A stretch of 64,000 nucleotides of DNA, taken from Sphingomicrobium sp. (lineage in GTDB: Bacteria > Pseudomonadota > Alphaproteobacteria > Sphingomonadales > Sphingomonadaceae). This document shows, piece by piece, positions 51,208 to 62,046 of the stretch (its first letter is position 1; every line of letters starts with the position of its first letter). Both the position numbers and the translations under genes were made by a program. The stretch is taken from contig JBDSXT010000002.1 in assembly GCA_039925985.1 (NCBI GenBank), positions 2,945 to 66,944 of the forward strand, given 5' to 3'. The notes beneath the pieces were generated by a model. That model saw only the letters and a list, made by a program, of their open reading frames with translations. It was not told where the DNA came from and made no database searches.

Positions 51208-51234
51208 GTTCTGCTTTTGTTCTCAGCGTGTCAA
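51208..51234 (-). promoter_or_regulatory. Alphaproteobacterial LexA box overlapping a TTGACA promoter
   Basis: Plus strand GTTC-TGCTTTT-GTTC (GTTC-N7-GTTC) at 51208-51222; minus-strand TTGACA at 51234-51229. Confidence 0.7.
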
Positions 51235-51287
51235 GCCCTAACACCCCAACTTGAAACGGTGCCCGGCTTGGGCTAGGGCGCAACCAT

Positions 51288-51365
51288 TCCACAGACGGAG
51301 CCACTCATACCGGTGCCGATCGCTTGATCGGTTGCATCGGTTCCGTCGAGGCAAAACCGGAAGGA
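51288..51365 (+). promoter_or_regulatory. rpsB 5' leader (t44/S2 autoregulatory RNA-like)
   Basis: Structured leader (CCGGTGCCGATCG..GATCGG..CATCGG; GAGGCAAAACCGG) before rpsB. Confidence 0.5.
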
Positions 51366-51373
51366 GAACGACC

Positions 51374-52129
51374 ATGGCGGCACCCGTCGTCACGATTCAG
51401 CAATTGCTCGAGGCCGGAGCGCATTTCGGCCATCAGACCCACCGTTGGAACCCGCGGATGAAGCCGTACTTGTTCGGCGATCGAAACGGCGTCCACATCA
51501 TCGACTTATCACAGACCGTGCCGCTATTCGCCCGCGCGCTCGATTTCGTCGCCCAGAGTATTGGTCGCGGCGGCAAGATCCTGTTTGTCGGCACCAAGCG
51601 CCAGGCCCAGGATGCAGTCGCTGCGTCTGCGGGGGTTTCGGGTCAGCATTTCGTCAACCATCGCTGGCTCGGCGGCATGCTGACCAATTGGAAGACGATC
51701 TCAAATTCGATCAAGCGCTTGAAGAGCCTCGAGGAGCAACTTTCGGGCGACACTGCCGGACTCACGAAGAAAGAAGTCCTGCAGCTGACCCGCGAGCGCG
51801 ACAAGCTCGAGAAGAGCCTCGGTGGAATCCGCGACATGGGCGGGCTTCCCGACGTCATGTTCGTGATCGATTCGAACAAGGAAGAATTGGCGATCAAGGA
51901 AGCCAATGTGCTCGGCATCCCGGTCGTCGCGATTCTGGATTCGAACAGCAACCCGCAGGGCATCGCTTTTCCGGTTCCCGGGAACGACGACGCCAGCCGC
52001 GCGATCCGGCTCTATTGTGACGCTATTGCCGAAGCCGCGAACAGCGGTCGCACCGGCAATGCAGCGGCGCGCGGCGAGGACATTGGCGCAATGGACGAAC
52101 CGCCCGTCGAAGTCGCTTTGGAAGCTTAG
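51374..52129 (+). CDS. rpsB: 30S ribosomal protein S2
   Basis: [31 protein letters not shown]. Confidence 0.98.
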   Translation: MAAPVVTIQQLLEAGAHFGHQTHRWNPRMKPYLFGDRNGVHIIDLSQTVPLFARALDFVAQSIGRGGKILFVGTKRQAQDAVAASAGVSGQHFVNHRWLGGMLTNWKTISNSIKRLKSLEEQLSGDTAGLTKKEVLQLTRERDKLEKSLGGIRDMGGLPDVMFVIDSNKEELAIKEANVLGIPVVAILDSNSNPQGIAFPVPGNDDASRAIRLYCDAIAEAANSGRTGNAAARGEDIGAMDEPPVEVALEA

Positions 52130-52136
52130 CTTTCTT

Positions 52137-52230
52137 CCCCTCCCGCTGGCGGGAGGGGCAAGGGAAGGGCCTGTCATCCAGGCCCGGCTCCCACACTCCC
52201 TCCCCCGATCCCTCCCGCAAGCGGGAGGGG
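52137..52230. repeat. REP-like palindromic element (CCCTCCCGC-NN-GCGGGAGGG x2)
   Basis: Two hairpins at 52137-52158 and 52210-52229 flank GGGCCTG/CAGGCCC. Confidence 0.75.
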
Positions 52231-52248
52231 GGTTAAAAGGATAAAAAA

Positions 52249-53190
52249 ATGGCTGAGATCACGGCCGCGGCGGTCAAGGAACTCCGCGAGCGCACTGGCG
52301 CTGGAATGATGGATTGCAAGAAGGCGCTTACCGAGAATCAGGGCGAGCTCGAGTCGGCTGTCGATTGGCTTCGCGCTAAAGGTCTTGCCGCGGCGGCGAA
52401 GAAGGCCGGTCGCACGGCCGCCGAGGGCCTCGTCGGTGTGGCCGTCGAGGGCAATCGCGGTGCGGTCGTCGAGATCAATTCGGAAACCGATTTCGTGGCC
52501 AAGAACGAGCAATTCCAGGCGTTCGTCCACGAAGTCGCGCACCTGTCGCTAAACAGCGGCGGCGACATCGACGCGCTCGGCGCGGCGCAATTCCCCGGCG
52601 GCGGCACAGTCACCGAAGCGCTCAACGACAGCATTGCCAAAATCGGCGAGAACCAGTCGCTTCGCCGCACTGCAATCGTCGAGGTCGGCCGTGGCGCCGT
52701 GGTCCCGTACGTCCATAATTCGGTCGCCCCAGGTCTTGGCAAGATTGGCGTCCTCGTTGCGCTCGAAAGCGATGCCTCGACCGAGACGCTGCTGGCGCTT
52801 GGCAAGCAGCTGGCGATGCACATCGCGGCCGCCAATCCCCTGGCGTTGGATGCGGATTCGCTGTCACCGGCGCTGATTGAGCGCGAGCGCGGAATCGCGG
52901 TGGAGAAAGCCAAGGAAAGCGGCAAGCCAGCCAACATCGTCGAGAAGATGGTCGAGGGCTCAATTGCCAAATTTCGCAAGGACAATGCGCTGCTGTCGCA
53001 GTTATTCGTGATCGACAACAAGACGCCGGTCGCAGACGTCGTTGCCGCGGCTGGCAAGGAAGCCGGCACCGCGATCGAGCTGGCCGGATTCGTCCGCTTC
53101 CAGATCGGCGAGGGCATCGAGAAAATGGAAAGCGACTTCGCGGCCGAGGTCGCTGCCGCTTCGGGGGTCAAGGCGGAACCCGTCTCTTAA
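52249..53190 (+). CDS. tsf: Elongation factor Ts
   Basis: [23 protein letters not shown]. Confidence 0.98.
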   Translation: MAEITAAAVKELRERTGAGMMDCKKALTENQGELESAVDWLRAKGLAAAAKKAGRTAAEGLVGVAVEGNRGAVVEINSETDFVAKNEQFQAFVHEVAHLSLNSGGDIDALGAAQFPGGGTVTEALNDSIAKIGENQSLRRTAIVEVGRGAVVPYVHNSVAPGLGKIGVLVALESDASTETLLALGKQLAMHIAAANPLALDADSLSPALIERERGIAVEKAKESGKPANIVEKMVEGSIAKFRKDNALLSQLFVIDNKTPVADVVAAAGKEAGTAIELAGFVRFQIGEGIEKMESDFAAEVAAASGVKAEPVS

Positions 53191-53301
53191 GTGCCTTGCC
53201 GCGCCGGCGGGGCAAGAACTGCAAGGTTGGCAACCGGGCGGGCGCGCCATAAGAGCGTGTCCGCCTGCTTTACCGTTCGCCCGCAGAGGATCCGCCCACG
53301 C

Positions 53302-54024
53302 ATGACCCGGCCTCGCTTCAACCGAATTCTACTCAAACTCTCCGGCGAAGCGCTGATGGGGCAGGGGCAGCAAAGCATCGACCCCGACGCAGTCGCTGGC
53401 TTGGCCGGCGAGATTGCTGCGGCCAAGGCGCACGGCCACGAGCTGTGCCTGGTCGTTGGCGGCGGCAACATATTTCGCGGCGTGGCGGCGGCGGCCAAGG
53501 GCTTCGACCGGGCCAGCGCTGACTACATGGGCATGCTGGCGACGGTGATGAACGCGCTCGCCCTGCAGAATGCGCTGGAGAAAGCGGGAGTCGACACTCG
53601 CGTCCAGTCGGCGATCCCGATGGCCTCGGTCAGCGAACCTTATATCCGGCGCCGTGCGCTCCGCCATATCGAGAAGGGGCGGATCGTGCTGTTCGCCGCC
53701 GGCACTGGCAATCCCTATTTCACCACGGACACGGCCGCCGCGCTGCGCGCTGCCGAAATGGGCTGCGATGCCCTGTTCAAGGGGACCAGCGTCGACGGCG
53801 TCTACACGGCGGATCCCAAGGTCGATAAAAGCGCCAAGCGCTACGATCATTTGAGTTACAGCAAGGTGCTCGGCGACGACTTGAAGGTGATGGATGCCGC
53901 CGCGGTCGCTTTGTGCCGCGACAACAATATCCCGATCGTCATTTTCAACATCCGCGAGCCCGGCAATCTCGCCAAGGTGCTCGCCGGAGAAGGCGTGGCG
54001 ACCATTGTGCAGAATCAGGAGTAA
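53302..54024 (+). CDS. pyrH: UMP kinase
   Basis: [24 protein letters not shown]. Confidence 0.97.
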   Translation: MTRPRFNRILLKLSGEALMGQGQQSIDPDAVAGLAGEIAAAKAHGHELCLVVGGGNIFRGVAAAAKGFDRASADYMGMLATVMNALALQNALEKAGVDTRVQSAIPMASVSEPYIRRRALRHIEKGRIVLFAAGTGNPYFTTDTAAALRAAEMGCDALFKGTSVDGVYTADPKVDKSAKRYDHLSYSKVLGDDLKVMDAAAVALCRDNNIPIVIFNIREPGNLAKVLAGEGVATIVQNQE

Positions 54025-54026
54025 GC

Positions 54027-54587
54027 ATGACCACGACTATGGACAAATCGGACCTGCAGCGCCGGATGCTCGGCGCCGTCGAAGCCTTGAAGCATGACCT
54101 CGTCGGGCTCCGCACGGGGCGCGCCTCGACCGCTTTGCTCGATACCATCACGGTTGAGGTCTATGGCGCGCAGATGCCGCTCAACCAGGTAGCGACGGTG
54201 TCGGTGCCCGAGCCTCGGCTGCTGACCGTGCAGGTGTGGGACAAGTCGAGCATCCACCCAATAGAAAAAGCGATTCAATCGGCTGGGCTTGGACTGAACC
54301 CGATTACCGATGGCCAGCTGATCCGCCTGCCGATCCCCGACCTGACCGAAGAGCGCCGCAAGGAGCTTGCCAAGCTCGTCGGTCAGTTCGCGGAAAAGGC
54401 TCGGATTGCCGTCCGCAACGTGCGCCGGGACGGCATGGATCATCTCAAGACCGACGAAAAGAAGCATGAAATCAGCGAGGACGAGCGCAAGCGCCTCGAA
54501 GGTGAGGTCCAAAAGATGACGGATCAGACAATCGCCGAAATCGATGCCGCCGCCGAAGCCAAGGAAAAGGAAATCCTCGGCAAGTGA
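54027..54587 (+). CDS. frr: Ribosome recycling factor
   Basis: [23 protein letters not shown]. Confidence 0.97.
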   Translation: MTTTMDKSDLQRRMLGAVEALKHDLVGLRTGRASTALLDTITVEVYGAQMPLNQVATVSVPEPRLLTVQVWDKSSIHPIEKAIQSAGLGLNPITDGQLIRLPIPDLTEERRKELAKLVGQFAEKARIAVRNVRRDGMDHLKTDEKKHEISEDERKRLEGEVQKMTDQTIAEIDAAAEAKEKEILGK

Positions 54588-55360
54588 CGTCAACCACTCG
54601 TCCCTTCGTCCCGAGCGAAGTCGAGGGACTGGTCTCCGATTCACTCGATACGAACGGGGAAGGGTCACCTCCCCGCCACGTCGCGATCATCATGGACGGG
54701 AATGGACGCTGGGCCGCGCAGCGCGGGCTGCCGCGCGTCGCCGGCCATCGCGCCGGCGCAGAAGCGGTTCGCAAGACGCTCCGCACGGCCGCTGAGTGCG
54801 GCGTCGAGGCCCTCACGCTGTATGCATTTTCGTCCGAGAACTGGCGCCGCCCGGAAGGCGAGATTTCGGACCTCAAAGGCCTGCTTGGCTACTATCTCGA
54901 GCGCGAACTCAATTCGCTTGCCAAGGAAGGGGTTCGATTGAAGCTGATCGGCAATTACGCCGCCTTCGGTCCCGAACTGGCCGCGCGGCTCGAAAAGGCC
55001 GTTGACCGGCTTGCCGCGAACAGCCGGCTGACGCTGGTGGTGGCGCTCAATTACGGCTCGCGATCGGAAATTGCCGACGCTGCCAAAGCGCTGGCTCGCA
55101 AGAGCAAGGCGGGCGACATTGATCCCGAAACAATCGACGAGCATGCACTTGGCGCTCTGCTCGAGACTGCGGACTTGCCGGAACTCGATCTGCTCATCCG
55201 CACGTCTGGGGAAGTGCGCTTGTCCAATTTCCTGCTGTGGCAGGCCGCTTACGCGGAAATGCTGTTTACGCCGACGCTGTGGCCGGACTTCGGTGAGGAC
55301 GAGTTTAAAGCGGCGCTGGCGGAGTTCGTCGCTCGGCAGCGGCGTTTCGGTGGCCGGTGA
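54584..55360 (+). CDS. uppS: Undecaprenyl diphosphate synthase
   Basis: [39 protein letters not shown]. Confidence 0.96.
   Translation: MTSTTRPFVPSEVEGLVSDSLDTNGEGSPPRHVAIIMDGNGRWAAQRGLPRVAGHRAGAEAVRKTLRTAAECGVEALTLYAFSSENWRRPEGEISDLKGLLGYYLERELNSLAKEGVRLKLIGNYAAFGPELAARLEKAVDRLAANSRLTLVVALNYGSRSEIADAAKALARKSKAGDIDPETIDEHALGALLETADLPELDLLIRTSGEVRLSNFLLWQAAYAEMLFTPTLWPDFGEDEFKAALAEFVARQRRFGGR
54602..54659. repeat. Palindromic repeat element in-frame within the uppS 5' end
   Basis: CCCTTCGT.CGAG.GAA.TCG.GGGAC / GTCTC.CGA.TTC.CTCG..ACGAA.GGG imperfect hairpin. Confidence 0.65.
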
Positions 55361-55989
55361 ACGAGCTTTTCCTCCGCATATTCTCGGCAATCGTAATGAT
55401 GCTGGTCGCGGTCGCCGCAGCGCTGCAGGGTGGTTACTATTTCGCCGTCCTCGCCGCCGCAGCCGCGACGGCCATTTTTTACGAGTGGACCCGCATAGTC
55501 CGCGGCTGGGGCGCGGCTTGGTACCTGTCGGGCTTCGTCTACGCGCTCGTGCCCGCGCTTTCCCTGCTGTGGGTACGCGATCGGGCTGAGCACGGTCTGA
55601 CCCTGTTGCTGTGGATCTTTATCGTCACCTGGGCGACCGATATCGGCGCGTATTTTGTCGGGCGCGGTCTGGGCCGTACCAAGCTTGCGCCTTCGATCAG
55701 CCCAGGCAAGACCGTCGAGGGACTCTACGGGGGCATGGCGGGCGCGGCGATCCTCGGTGCGGGATGGGTAATGCTGACCGGGCTCAAACCAACCCTGTTT
55801 GTGCTGGCGCCGTTGTTCGCCCTCGCGGCGCAAGGCGGCGATCTGTTCGAAAGCTGGATGAAGCGGCGAGCGGGAATCAAGGATAGCGGCAATTGGCTGC
55901 CCGGTCACGGCGGCGTGTTCGACCGTCTTGACGGCCTGGTCCCGGTCGCCGTCCTGACCGCGGCGGCGCAAATGGCCGGTCTGGCATGA
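55357..55989 (+). CDS. cdsA: Phosphatidate cytidylyltransferase
   Basis: [32 protein letters not shown]. Confidence 0.95.
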   Translation: MNELFLRIFSAIVMMLVAVAAALQGGYYFAVLAAAAATAIFYEWTRIVRGWGAAWYLSGFVYALVPALSLLWVRDRAEHGLTLLLWIFIVTWATDIGAYFVGRGLGRTKLAPSISPGKTVEGLYGGMAGAAILGAGWVMLTGLKPTLFVLAPLFALAAQGGDLFESWMKRRAGIKDSGNWLPGHGGVFDRLDGLVPVAVLTAAAQMAGLA

Positions 55990-57146
55990 AGCGAAAGATT
56001 TCCATCCTTGGCGCGACGGGCTCGGTCGGCACTTCCACGCTCGACCTCATCGAGCGCGCGCCCGAGCGCTTCGAAGTTGTCGCCCTGACAGCCGGCAGCG
56101 ACGCCAATGGCCTCGCCGACGCCGCTCGGAGAACCGGTGCGAAACTCGCCGTCATCGCGGATTCCAGCCGCCTGGCCGAGCTCGAGGCCAGACTCGCGGG
56201 GACCGATTGCCGGGCCGCGACCGGCGCCGAAGCGCTCGACGAGGCGGCGGCCGGCGAAGCGGAATGGGTGATGGCTGCGATCGTCGGCTGTGCCGGTTTG
56301 ATCCCGGTCATGGCGGCGATCGAAGCTGGCCGGACGGTTGCGCTCGCCAACAAGGAAGCGCTGGTCAGCGCTGGCGCGTTGATGATCGACGCGGCCCGCC
56401 GTCACGGCGCGACCTTGTTGCCGGTCGACAGCGAGCATAATGCGATATTCCAGTGCCTTGCGGGCAGCCGCAGAGAAGATGTCTCCAAACTTATCCTGAC
56501 TGCTAGCGGCGGCCCATTCCGCACGGCTTCGGATGAAGCTCTCCGTGCCGCCACTCCCGCCCAGGCGATCGCCCATCCCAATTGGACAATGGGGGCCAAG
56601 ATTTCGGTCGATTCGGCGACTCTGATGAACAAGGGCCTAGAACTGATCGAAGCTCATCATTTGTTTGCCCTTCCCTCCGAGCAAATCGAGATACTGATTC
56701 ATCCGCAATCGGTGGTTCATTCGCTGGTCGAGTTCATCGACGGATCGGTGCTTGCGCAACTGGGCAGCCCTGACATGCGTGTGCCGATCGCATATACGCT
56801 CGCTTGGCCCGAGCGAATGGCGACCCCAGCCGAGCGCCTCGACTTGGCAAGCATCGGCAGGCTTGAATTCGAACAGCCTGATACTCAACGATTCCCGGCG
56901 CTGAGGATCGCGCGCCAGGCGCTTGAGCAGGGCGGCGCAGCGCCGACCGTACTCAATGCCGCGAACGAAGTTGCGGTATCCCGCTTCCTCGCCGGGCAAT
57001 TTGCCTTTACGGAGATTCCGAACCTGGTCGAGCAAGCGCTGGAAAAGGCCGTAGCGGGGGCCCCGAGTTCGATCGAGGACGTCATCCAGATCGATCTCGA
57101 GACGCGAAATGCCGTTACCGAACTGATCGAGGCCCGTTGCACCTGA
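55986..57146 (+). CDS. dxr: 1-deoxy-D-xylulose 5-phosphate reductoisomerase
   Basis: [36 protein letters not shown]. Confidence 0.97.
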   Translation: MKRKISILGATGSVGTSTLDLIERAPERFEVVALTAGSDANGLADAARRTGAKLAVIADSSRLAELEARLAGTDCRAATGAEALDEAAAGEAEWVMAAIVGCAGLIPVMAAIEAGRTVALANKEALVSAGALMIDAARRHGATLLPVDSEHNAIFQCLAGSRREDVSKLILTASGGPFRTASDEALRAATPAQAIAHPNWTMGAKISVDSATLMNKGLELIEAHHLFALPSEQIEILIHPQSVVHSLVEFIDGSVLAQLGSPDMRVPIAYTLAWPERMATPAERLDLASIGRLEFEQPDTQRFPALRIARQALEQGGAAPTVLNAANEVAVSRFLAGQFAFTEIPNLVEQALEKAVAGAPSSIEDVIQIDLETRNAVTELIEARCT

Positions 57147-58273
57147 TGCTCCAACAACCGTCTCTGTGGCTGATCCTGGTGGCGTTCATCTGCGCCATTG
57201 GGCCGCTCGTTTTCATCCACGAGTTCGGTCACTATTTCGCCGCCCGGCTGTTCGGCGTCGGCGCGGAAACCTTTTCGATCGGATTTGGTCGGGAGATCCT
57301 CGGCTGGACTGATCGCAGCGGCACGCGCTGGAAGATTGGCTGGTTGCCGCTTGGCGGGTTCGTCCGCTTCATCGGCGATATGAATGCCGCGAGCGCGCCG
57401 GCCAATGCGGAAGATGTGCCTGAGGAGCTGCGGTCGCGCAGCTTCCATCTGAAGCCGGTGTGGCAGCGGTTCCTGATCGTGCTTGCCGGACCAATCGCCA
57501 ATTTCCTGCTGGCGATCCTGATTTTCGCTGCCTTCTTCGCAACCCTGGGAATGCCGCGCACACCCAACATCGTCGCATCGACGCTACCGGGCGGCGCAGC
57601 ACAAGCCGCGGGAATCCAGGCGGGCGATCGAATCCTGTCCATCGCCGGGCGAGACACTTCGACCTTCGAACAGATTTTTACGGTGGTCATGCTCCGCCCG
57701 GGAGAGCAGGTCGCAGTTCAGATCGAGCGGGGCGGCCAACGCTTTATCCTGCCGGCGCGCATTGCCGTCGACGAACAGAAAGACCGATTTGGCCAGCGCT
57801 TCCGGATCGGACGGATCGGTGTCTTCGGCGGCCAGCGAGAGTTCGCCCGGCCGTCACCCGTCAGACTGATACCCGATGCCGTAGCTTATACCCTCTCGCT
57901 GACTCGTTCGACTGTCGATGGGCTGTGGCAGATTATTTCCGGCCGCCGCTCCGTCAGGGATCTAGGGGGGCCGCTCAAGATCGCTCAGATCGCCGGACAA
58001 CAGGCAAGTCTCGGCCCGTTTGAGTTCATTCAGCTGCTCGCGGTGATCTCAATTAATCTGGGATTCATCAACCTCTTGCCAGTCCCGGTGCTTGATGGTG
58101 GACACTTGTTCTTCTACGCGGTCGAAGCGGTTCGTCGGCGACCGGTCAGCCTGCAGGTGCAGGATTGGGCGTTCCGGGGCGGACTGGCGCTCATTCTTGC
58201 CTTGCTGCTTTTTACGACGTTCAACGATCTCGGTTCATTCGGTCTCTGGGACCGGCTTGGCTTGATTGGCTAA
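57146..58273 (+). CDS. rseP: RseP/M50 intramembrane metalloprotease
   Basis: HEFGH, PDZ domain, NLLPVPVLDGGH. Confidence 0.94.
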   Translation: MLQQPSLWLILVAFICAIGPLVFIHEFGHYFAARLFGVGAETFSIGFGREILGWTDRSGTRWKIGWLPLGGFVRFIGDMNAASAPANAEDVPEELRSRSFHLKPVWQRFLIVLAGPIANFLLAILIFAAFFATLGMPRTPNIVASTLPGGAAQAAGIQAGDRILSIAGRDTSTFEQIFTVVMLRPGEQVAVQIERGGQRFILPARIAVDEQKDRFGQRFRIGRIGVFGGQREFARPSPVRLIPDAVAYTLSLTRSTVDGLWQIISGRRSVRDLGGPLKIAQIAGQQASLGPFEFIQLLAVISINLGFINLLPVPVLDGGHLFFYAVEAVRRRPVSLQVQDWAFRGGLALILALLLFTTFNDLGSFGLWDRLGLIG

Positions 58274-58345
58274 GGCGCATGGGGCAGGGCGATAAAGCCC
58301 GGGTTCGCTAGCCGAACGCGACAATTCACTTAAAGCGGGGAACGC

Positions 58346-60979
58346 GTGATTTCAGGACTTAAGATTATCGGCAAGCGCGCAGGTGCAACGCTTCTCGTCG
58401 GCACCATCCTTGGCGCCTGGTCCGGGCCGTTGTTCGCCCAAACCGCGCCGGCAGCGCCTCCAGCAGCAAGCGCAGCGCCTGCGCCAGTGGCGCTGTCCGG
58501 TCAGATCCGGTCGATCGCGGTTCGCGGCAGTGAGCGCCTCGAGCCCGAGACCGTTCGCGCCTACGCCAATCTCTCGCCAGGCCAGACCTATACGCCGGCG
58601 TCGCTCGATACCGCGCTCAAGGACCTTTACGCGACGGAGCTGTTCACCGACGTTGTCATCACTGGCGCCGAAACCGGCAATCTCGTCATCACGGTGCGTG
58701 AGAATCCGGTGATCAACCGCATCGTCCTGGAGGGCAATAAGCGCCTCAAGTCCGACAAGATTTTGCCCGAAATCAAGCTGGCACCGCGCCAGATCTTTAC
58801 CCGTTCGAAGGTGCGCACGGACGTCGAGCGGATCGTGGAATTGTATCGGCGCGAAGGGCGTTTCGCCGCCCGCGTTGAGCCCAAGATCGTCCAGCTCGAC
58901 CAGAACCGCGTCGATCTGGTCTTCGAAATCTTCGAAGGGGACAAGTCGAAGGTCCGGCGAATCAACATCATTGGCAACAACCAGTTTCCGGACGACCGCC
59001 TGCGCAAGGAAATGTACACCCGTCAGGCGGGTGGGCCGCTCGGGTTCATGAAATCCAACGACAGCTACGATCCGGACCGGCTGGCGGCGGACCAGCAGAA
59101 GCTGCGCGCCTATTACCTGACGCAGGGCTATGCTGATTTCCGCGTCGTCTCGGCGCTTGCCGAGCTTACGCCGGACCGCCGCGACTTCATCATCACCTAC
59201 GTCGTCGAGGAGGGCCCGCGCTACAAGTTCGGGACCATCGAAGCGGAAAGCGCACTGCGCGACCTGACTCCGGTCAAAGTCAAAGAGGTCGTCAAGCTGA
59301 AGCCGGGCGACTGGTTCAACGCCAAGGCGGTCGAGGATACGGTGTCCGAGCTGACGGAGCTTGCCGGCAACTCGGGCTATGCCTTTGCCGACATCAATCC
59401 GGCCTTCGATCGGGACGTCGAAAAGCGCCTGATGAACCTCACATTCCGCGTTAATGAAACGCCGCGCGTCTACGTCGAGCGGATCAACATCCAGGGCAAT
59501 ACGGTGACTCGCGACAAAGTCATCCGCCGCGAGTTTCGCCTGAACGAGGGTGATGCGTTCAGCGCAATCAAGGTCAAGCGATCCCAAGACCGCCTGCAGA
59601 GCCTCGGCTTCTTCCAGGAAAAGCTTGAGATCAAGCAAACCGAGGGATCGGCTCCGGATCGTATCGTGCTCGGCGTCGACGTCGAAGAAAAGTCCACCGG
59701 CGAGCTGCAATTGTCGGGCGGCTACTCAAGTCTCGAGCGGTTCGTGCTGCAACTCTCGGTCGCCCAACGCAATTTCATGGGCAAGGGCCAGGAGCTGAAC
59801 GCCGGAATCAATTATTCGCGATATGCGCGGTCAGTCCAATTGGGCTTTGTCGAACCCTATCTGTTCGACAAGCAGATCCTGCTTGGCGGCGAAATCTATC
59901 GGCGCGATTACAACAGCTTCAACTTCGTCAATAACAAGCGCAACACGACCTACTCCCAAGTGAGCACTGGCGCCGGCTTGCGGGTCGGATTTCCAGTCAC
60001 GGAGTTTGTTAGCTTCGGTGGCCGCTACTCCTTCGTTCTCGATAAGATTTCGCTCGACAAGAGCACCTTTTACTCGGATCCCGACGGCACGGTAGGTCCG
60101 CTGGGGTTGGAATGCGACCCGGTTAAGGCGGGCCGTTACCTGTGCGACGAAATCGGCAGCCGGGTGACATCGCTGATCGGCTATTCACTGCTGTTCGACG
60201 ACACCAACGGCATTCGTCCGACCCGGGGTCAGCGGCTCCTCTTTTCGCAGGATTTCGCTGGTTTGCTGGGCGACGTGAAATATGTGCGGACCCGGGCTGA
60301 CGCGACCAAATACATGCAAATCCGCTCGGGCTGGGTGTTGTCGGCCCACGGCGAGGGTGGCTACATCATGCCGCTCGCCAAGTCGCCGGGACCGGGTCGC
60401 GATGCCATCCGCCTTACCGATCGCTTCTTCGGGCCCCAATTGCGCGGCTTCGATATCCGCGGAATTGGCCCTCGCATTGTCCGCACCAGCTATGACATCG
60501 ACGGAAATTTGGACACCAGCACCAATCAGGCCAGCGATGCGCTTGGTGGACGAGCTTATTACATGGGCCGCCTGGAACTCGAAGTCCCGGTCAGCTCATC
60601 AATTCGCAGCCTGGGACTGCGTCCGTCGGCATTTATTGACGTCGGATCGGTCTGGTCGCTGACCAAGCCGCAGCTGACCGACATCATTGCGGTCTGTGTT
60701 CCGGTCGCCGCGAATACGACGCTGCCGACGTTCAACATTATTCCAGGCGGCCCAGTTAGCACATGTGGTCCGACAAGCGGTGCGACCGGCTTCACGCGCG
60801 TCGCCGGGATCAAGGAATCGTTCCTCGGCAATTCGCCCAAGCCTCGCCTGGCTATCGGTATCGGCGTCAATTGGGTCTCACCGTTCGGCCCGTTTCGCAT
60901 TGATATCGCCAAAGCTTTGCTCTCTCAGGAGGGCGACGACACGAAACTGTTCAGCTTCAACGTAGGAACCCAATTCTAA
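58346..60979 (+). CDS. bamA: Outer membrane protein assembly factor BamA
   Basis: POTRA domains, LRGF, WVSPFGP, FNVGTQF. Confidence 0.96.
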   Translation: MISGLKIIGKRAGATLLVGTILGAWSGPLFAQTAPAAPPAASAAPAPVALSGQIRSIAVRGSERLEPETVRAYANLSPGQTYTPASLDTALKDLYATELFTDVVITGAETGNLVITVRENPVINRIVLEGNKRLKSDKILPEIKLAPRQIFTRSKVRTDVERIVELYRREGRFAARVEPKIVQLDQNRVDLVFEIFEGDKSKVRRINIIGNNQFPDDRLRKEMYTRQAGGPLGFMKSNDSYDPDRLAADQQKLRAYYLTQGYADFRVVSALAELTPDRRDFIITYVVEEGPRYKFGTIEAESALRDLTPVKVKEVVKLKPGDWFNAKAVEDTVSELTELAGNSGYAFADINPAFDRDVEKRLMNLTFRVNETPRVYVERINIQGNTVTRDKVIRREFRLNEGDAFSAIKVKRSQDRLQSLGFFQEKLEIKQTEGSAPDRIVLGVDVEEKSTGELQLSGGYSSLERFVLQLSVAQRNFMGKGQELNAGINYSRYARSVQLGFVEPYLFDKQILLGGEIYRRDYNSFNFVNNKRNTTYSQVSTGAGLRVGFPVTEFVSFGGRYSFVLDKISLDKSTFYSDPDGTVGPLGLECDPVKAGRYLCDEIGSRVTSLIGYSLLFDDTNGIRPTRGQRLLFSQDFAGLLGDVKYVRTRADATKYMQIRSGWVLSAHGEGGYIMPLAKSPGPGRDAIRLTDRFFGPQLRGFDIRGIGPRIVRTSYDIDGNLDTSTNQASDALGGRAYYMGRLELEVPVSSSIRSLGLRPSAFIDVGSVWSLTKPQLTDIIAVCVPVAANTTLPTFNIIPGGPVSTCGPTSGATGFTRVAGIKESFLGNSPKPRLAIGIGVNWVSPFGPFRIDIAKALLSQEGDDTKLFSFNVGTQF

Positions 60980-61560
60980 TGAAAAACCATTTGCTCCACA
61001 CCGCTATCGCCGTCGCGTTGATGGGAGTTGCCACTCCCGCTTTGGCCCAGAGCGTGCCGGCGGCGACCATCGCAGTTGTCGATCTCGATAAGGTCACCTC
61101 GCAGTGCAATGCTTGCCGAACCGCAAAGGCAGCACTGACCGGCCAAGTTAATTCGCTGAAGGCTCGCCAAACGGCGCTGGCCGGACCGCTGGAAACGGAA
61201 GGCAAAGCCATCCAGACTGCGGCAGCTGCGCTGGGCGGCAAGGCCCCCGATGCCGCACTGCAGGCCCGGGCCCAAGCGTTTGAGACCAGGCGGCAGGCTG
61301 CGGCGCAGGAAATCGGCCGCCAGGAGCAGCAGATCCAGCGTAACCAAGCCTATATCTCGCAGCAAATTGGCGTCAAACTGGGCCCGATTTACCAGCAGGT
61401 CATGCAGCGCCGCGGAGCCAACGTCATGGTCGAGATCGGAGCGACACTCGCCTCCGGAAGTGCCCTCGACGTCTCCAATGACGTGTTGGCCGCGCTCAAT
61501 GCGTCGCTGACCAGCGTCCAGACGACCGCGCCCGCTCAGGCCGCCCCTCAGGGCCGATAA
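60979..61560 (+). CDS. skp: Skp/OmpH periplasmic chaperone
   Basis: Signal peptide, IAVVD, helical Q/A-rich body; position after bamA. Confidence 0.85.
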   Translation: MKNHLLHTAIAVALMGVATPALAQSVPAATIAVVDLDKVTSQCNACRTAKAALTGQVNSLKARQTALAGPLETEGKAIQTAAAALGGKAPDAALQARAQAFETRRQAAAQEIGRQEQQIQRNQAYISQQIGVKLGPIYQQVMQRRGANVMVEIGATLASGSALDVSNDVLAALNASLTSVQTTAPAQAAPQGR

Positions 61561-61569
61561 ATCCTGCCG

Positions 61570-62046
61570 GTGAACGACGTTACGCCAGGCTCCGCCACGA
61601 CCAAGCTCGATATTGGGCGGGTCATGGCGGCGCTGCCGCATCGTTATCCGATGCTCCTTGTCGACCGGGTCGAGGCGCTTGAGCTCGACCGGTCGATCGT
61701 CGCCATTAAGGCAGTCACGATCAATGAGGGGTTCTTCCAGGGCCACTTCCCCGGGCGTCCGATCATGCCCGGCGTCCTCATCGTCGAAGCGCTCGCTCAG
61801 GCTGCGGGCGTGCTTGCCGTTGAGTCACTGGGCCTCGCGAATAGCGGCAAGCTGGTCTATTTCCTGGCCATCGACGGCGCGAAATTCCGAAGCCCCGTGG
61901 AGCCCGGCGTTCTGCTCCGGCTCGAGGTCGAATTCGTCCAGAAGCGGTCGACCGTTTGCAAATTCGCGGGTCGCGCTCTGGTCGACGGCAAGGTCGTCGC
62001 CGAAGCGCAATTCACGGCGATGATCGCGGACCCTCCACCGGCCTGA
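61570..62046 (+). CDS. fabZ: 3-hydroxyacyl-ACP dehydratase
   Basis: [26 protein letters not shown]. Confidence 0.97.
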   Translation: MNDVTPGSATTKLDIGRVMAALPHRYPMLLVDRVEALELDRSIVAIKAVTINEGFFQGHFPGRPIMPGVLIVEALAQAAGVLAVESLGLANSGKLVYFLAIDGAKFRSPVEPGVLLRLEVEFVQKRSTVCKFAGRALVDGKVVAEAQFTAMIADPPPA

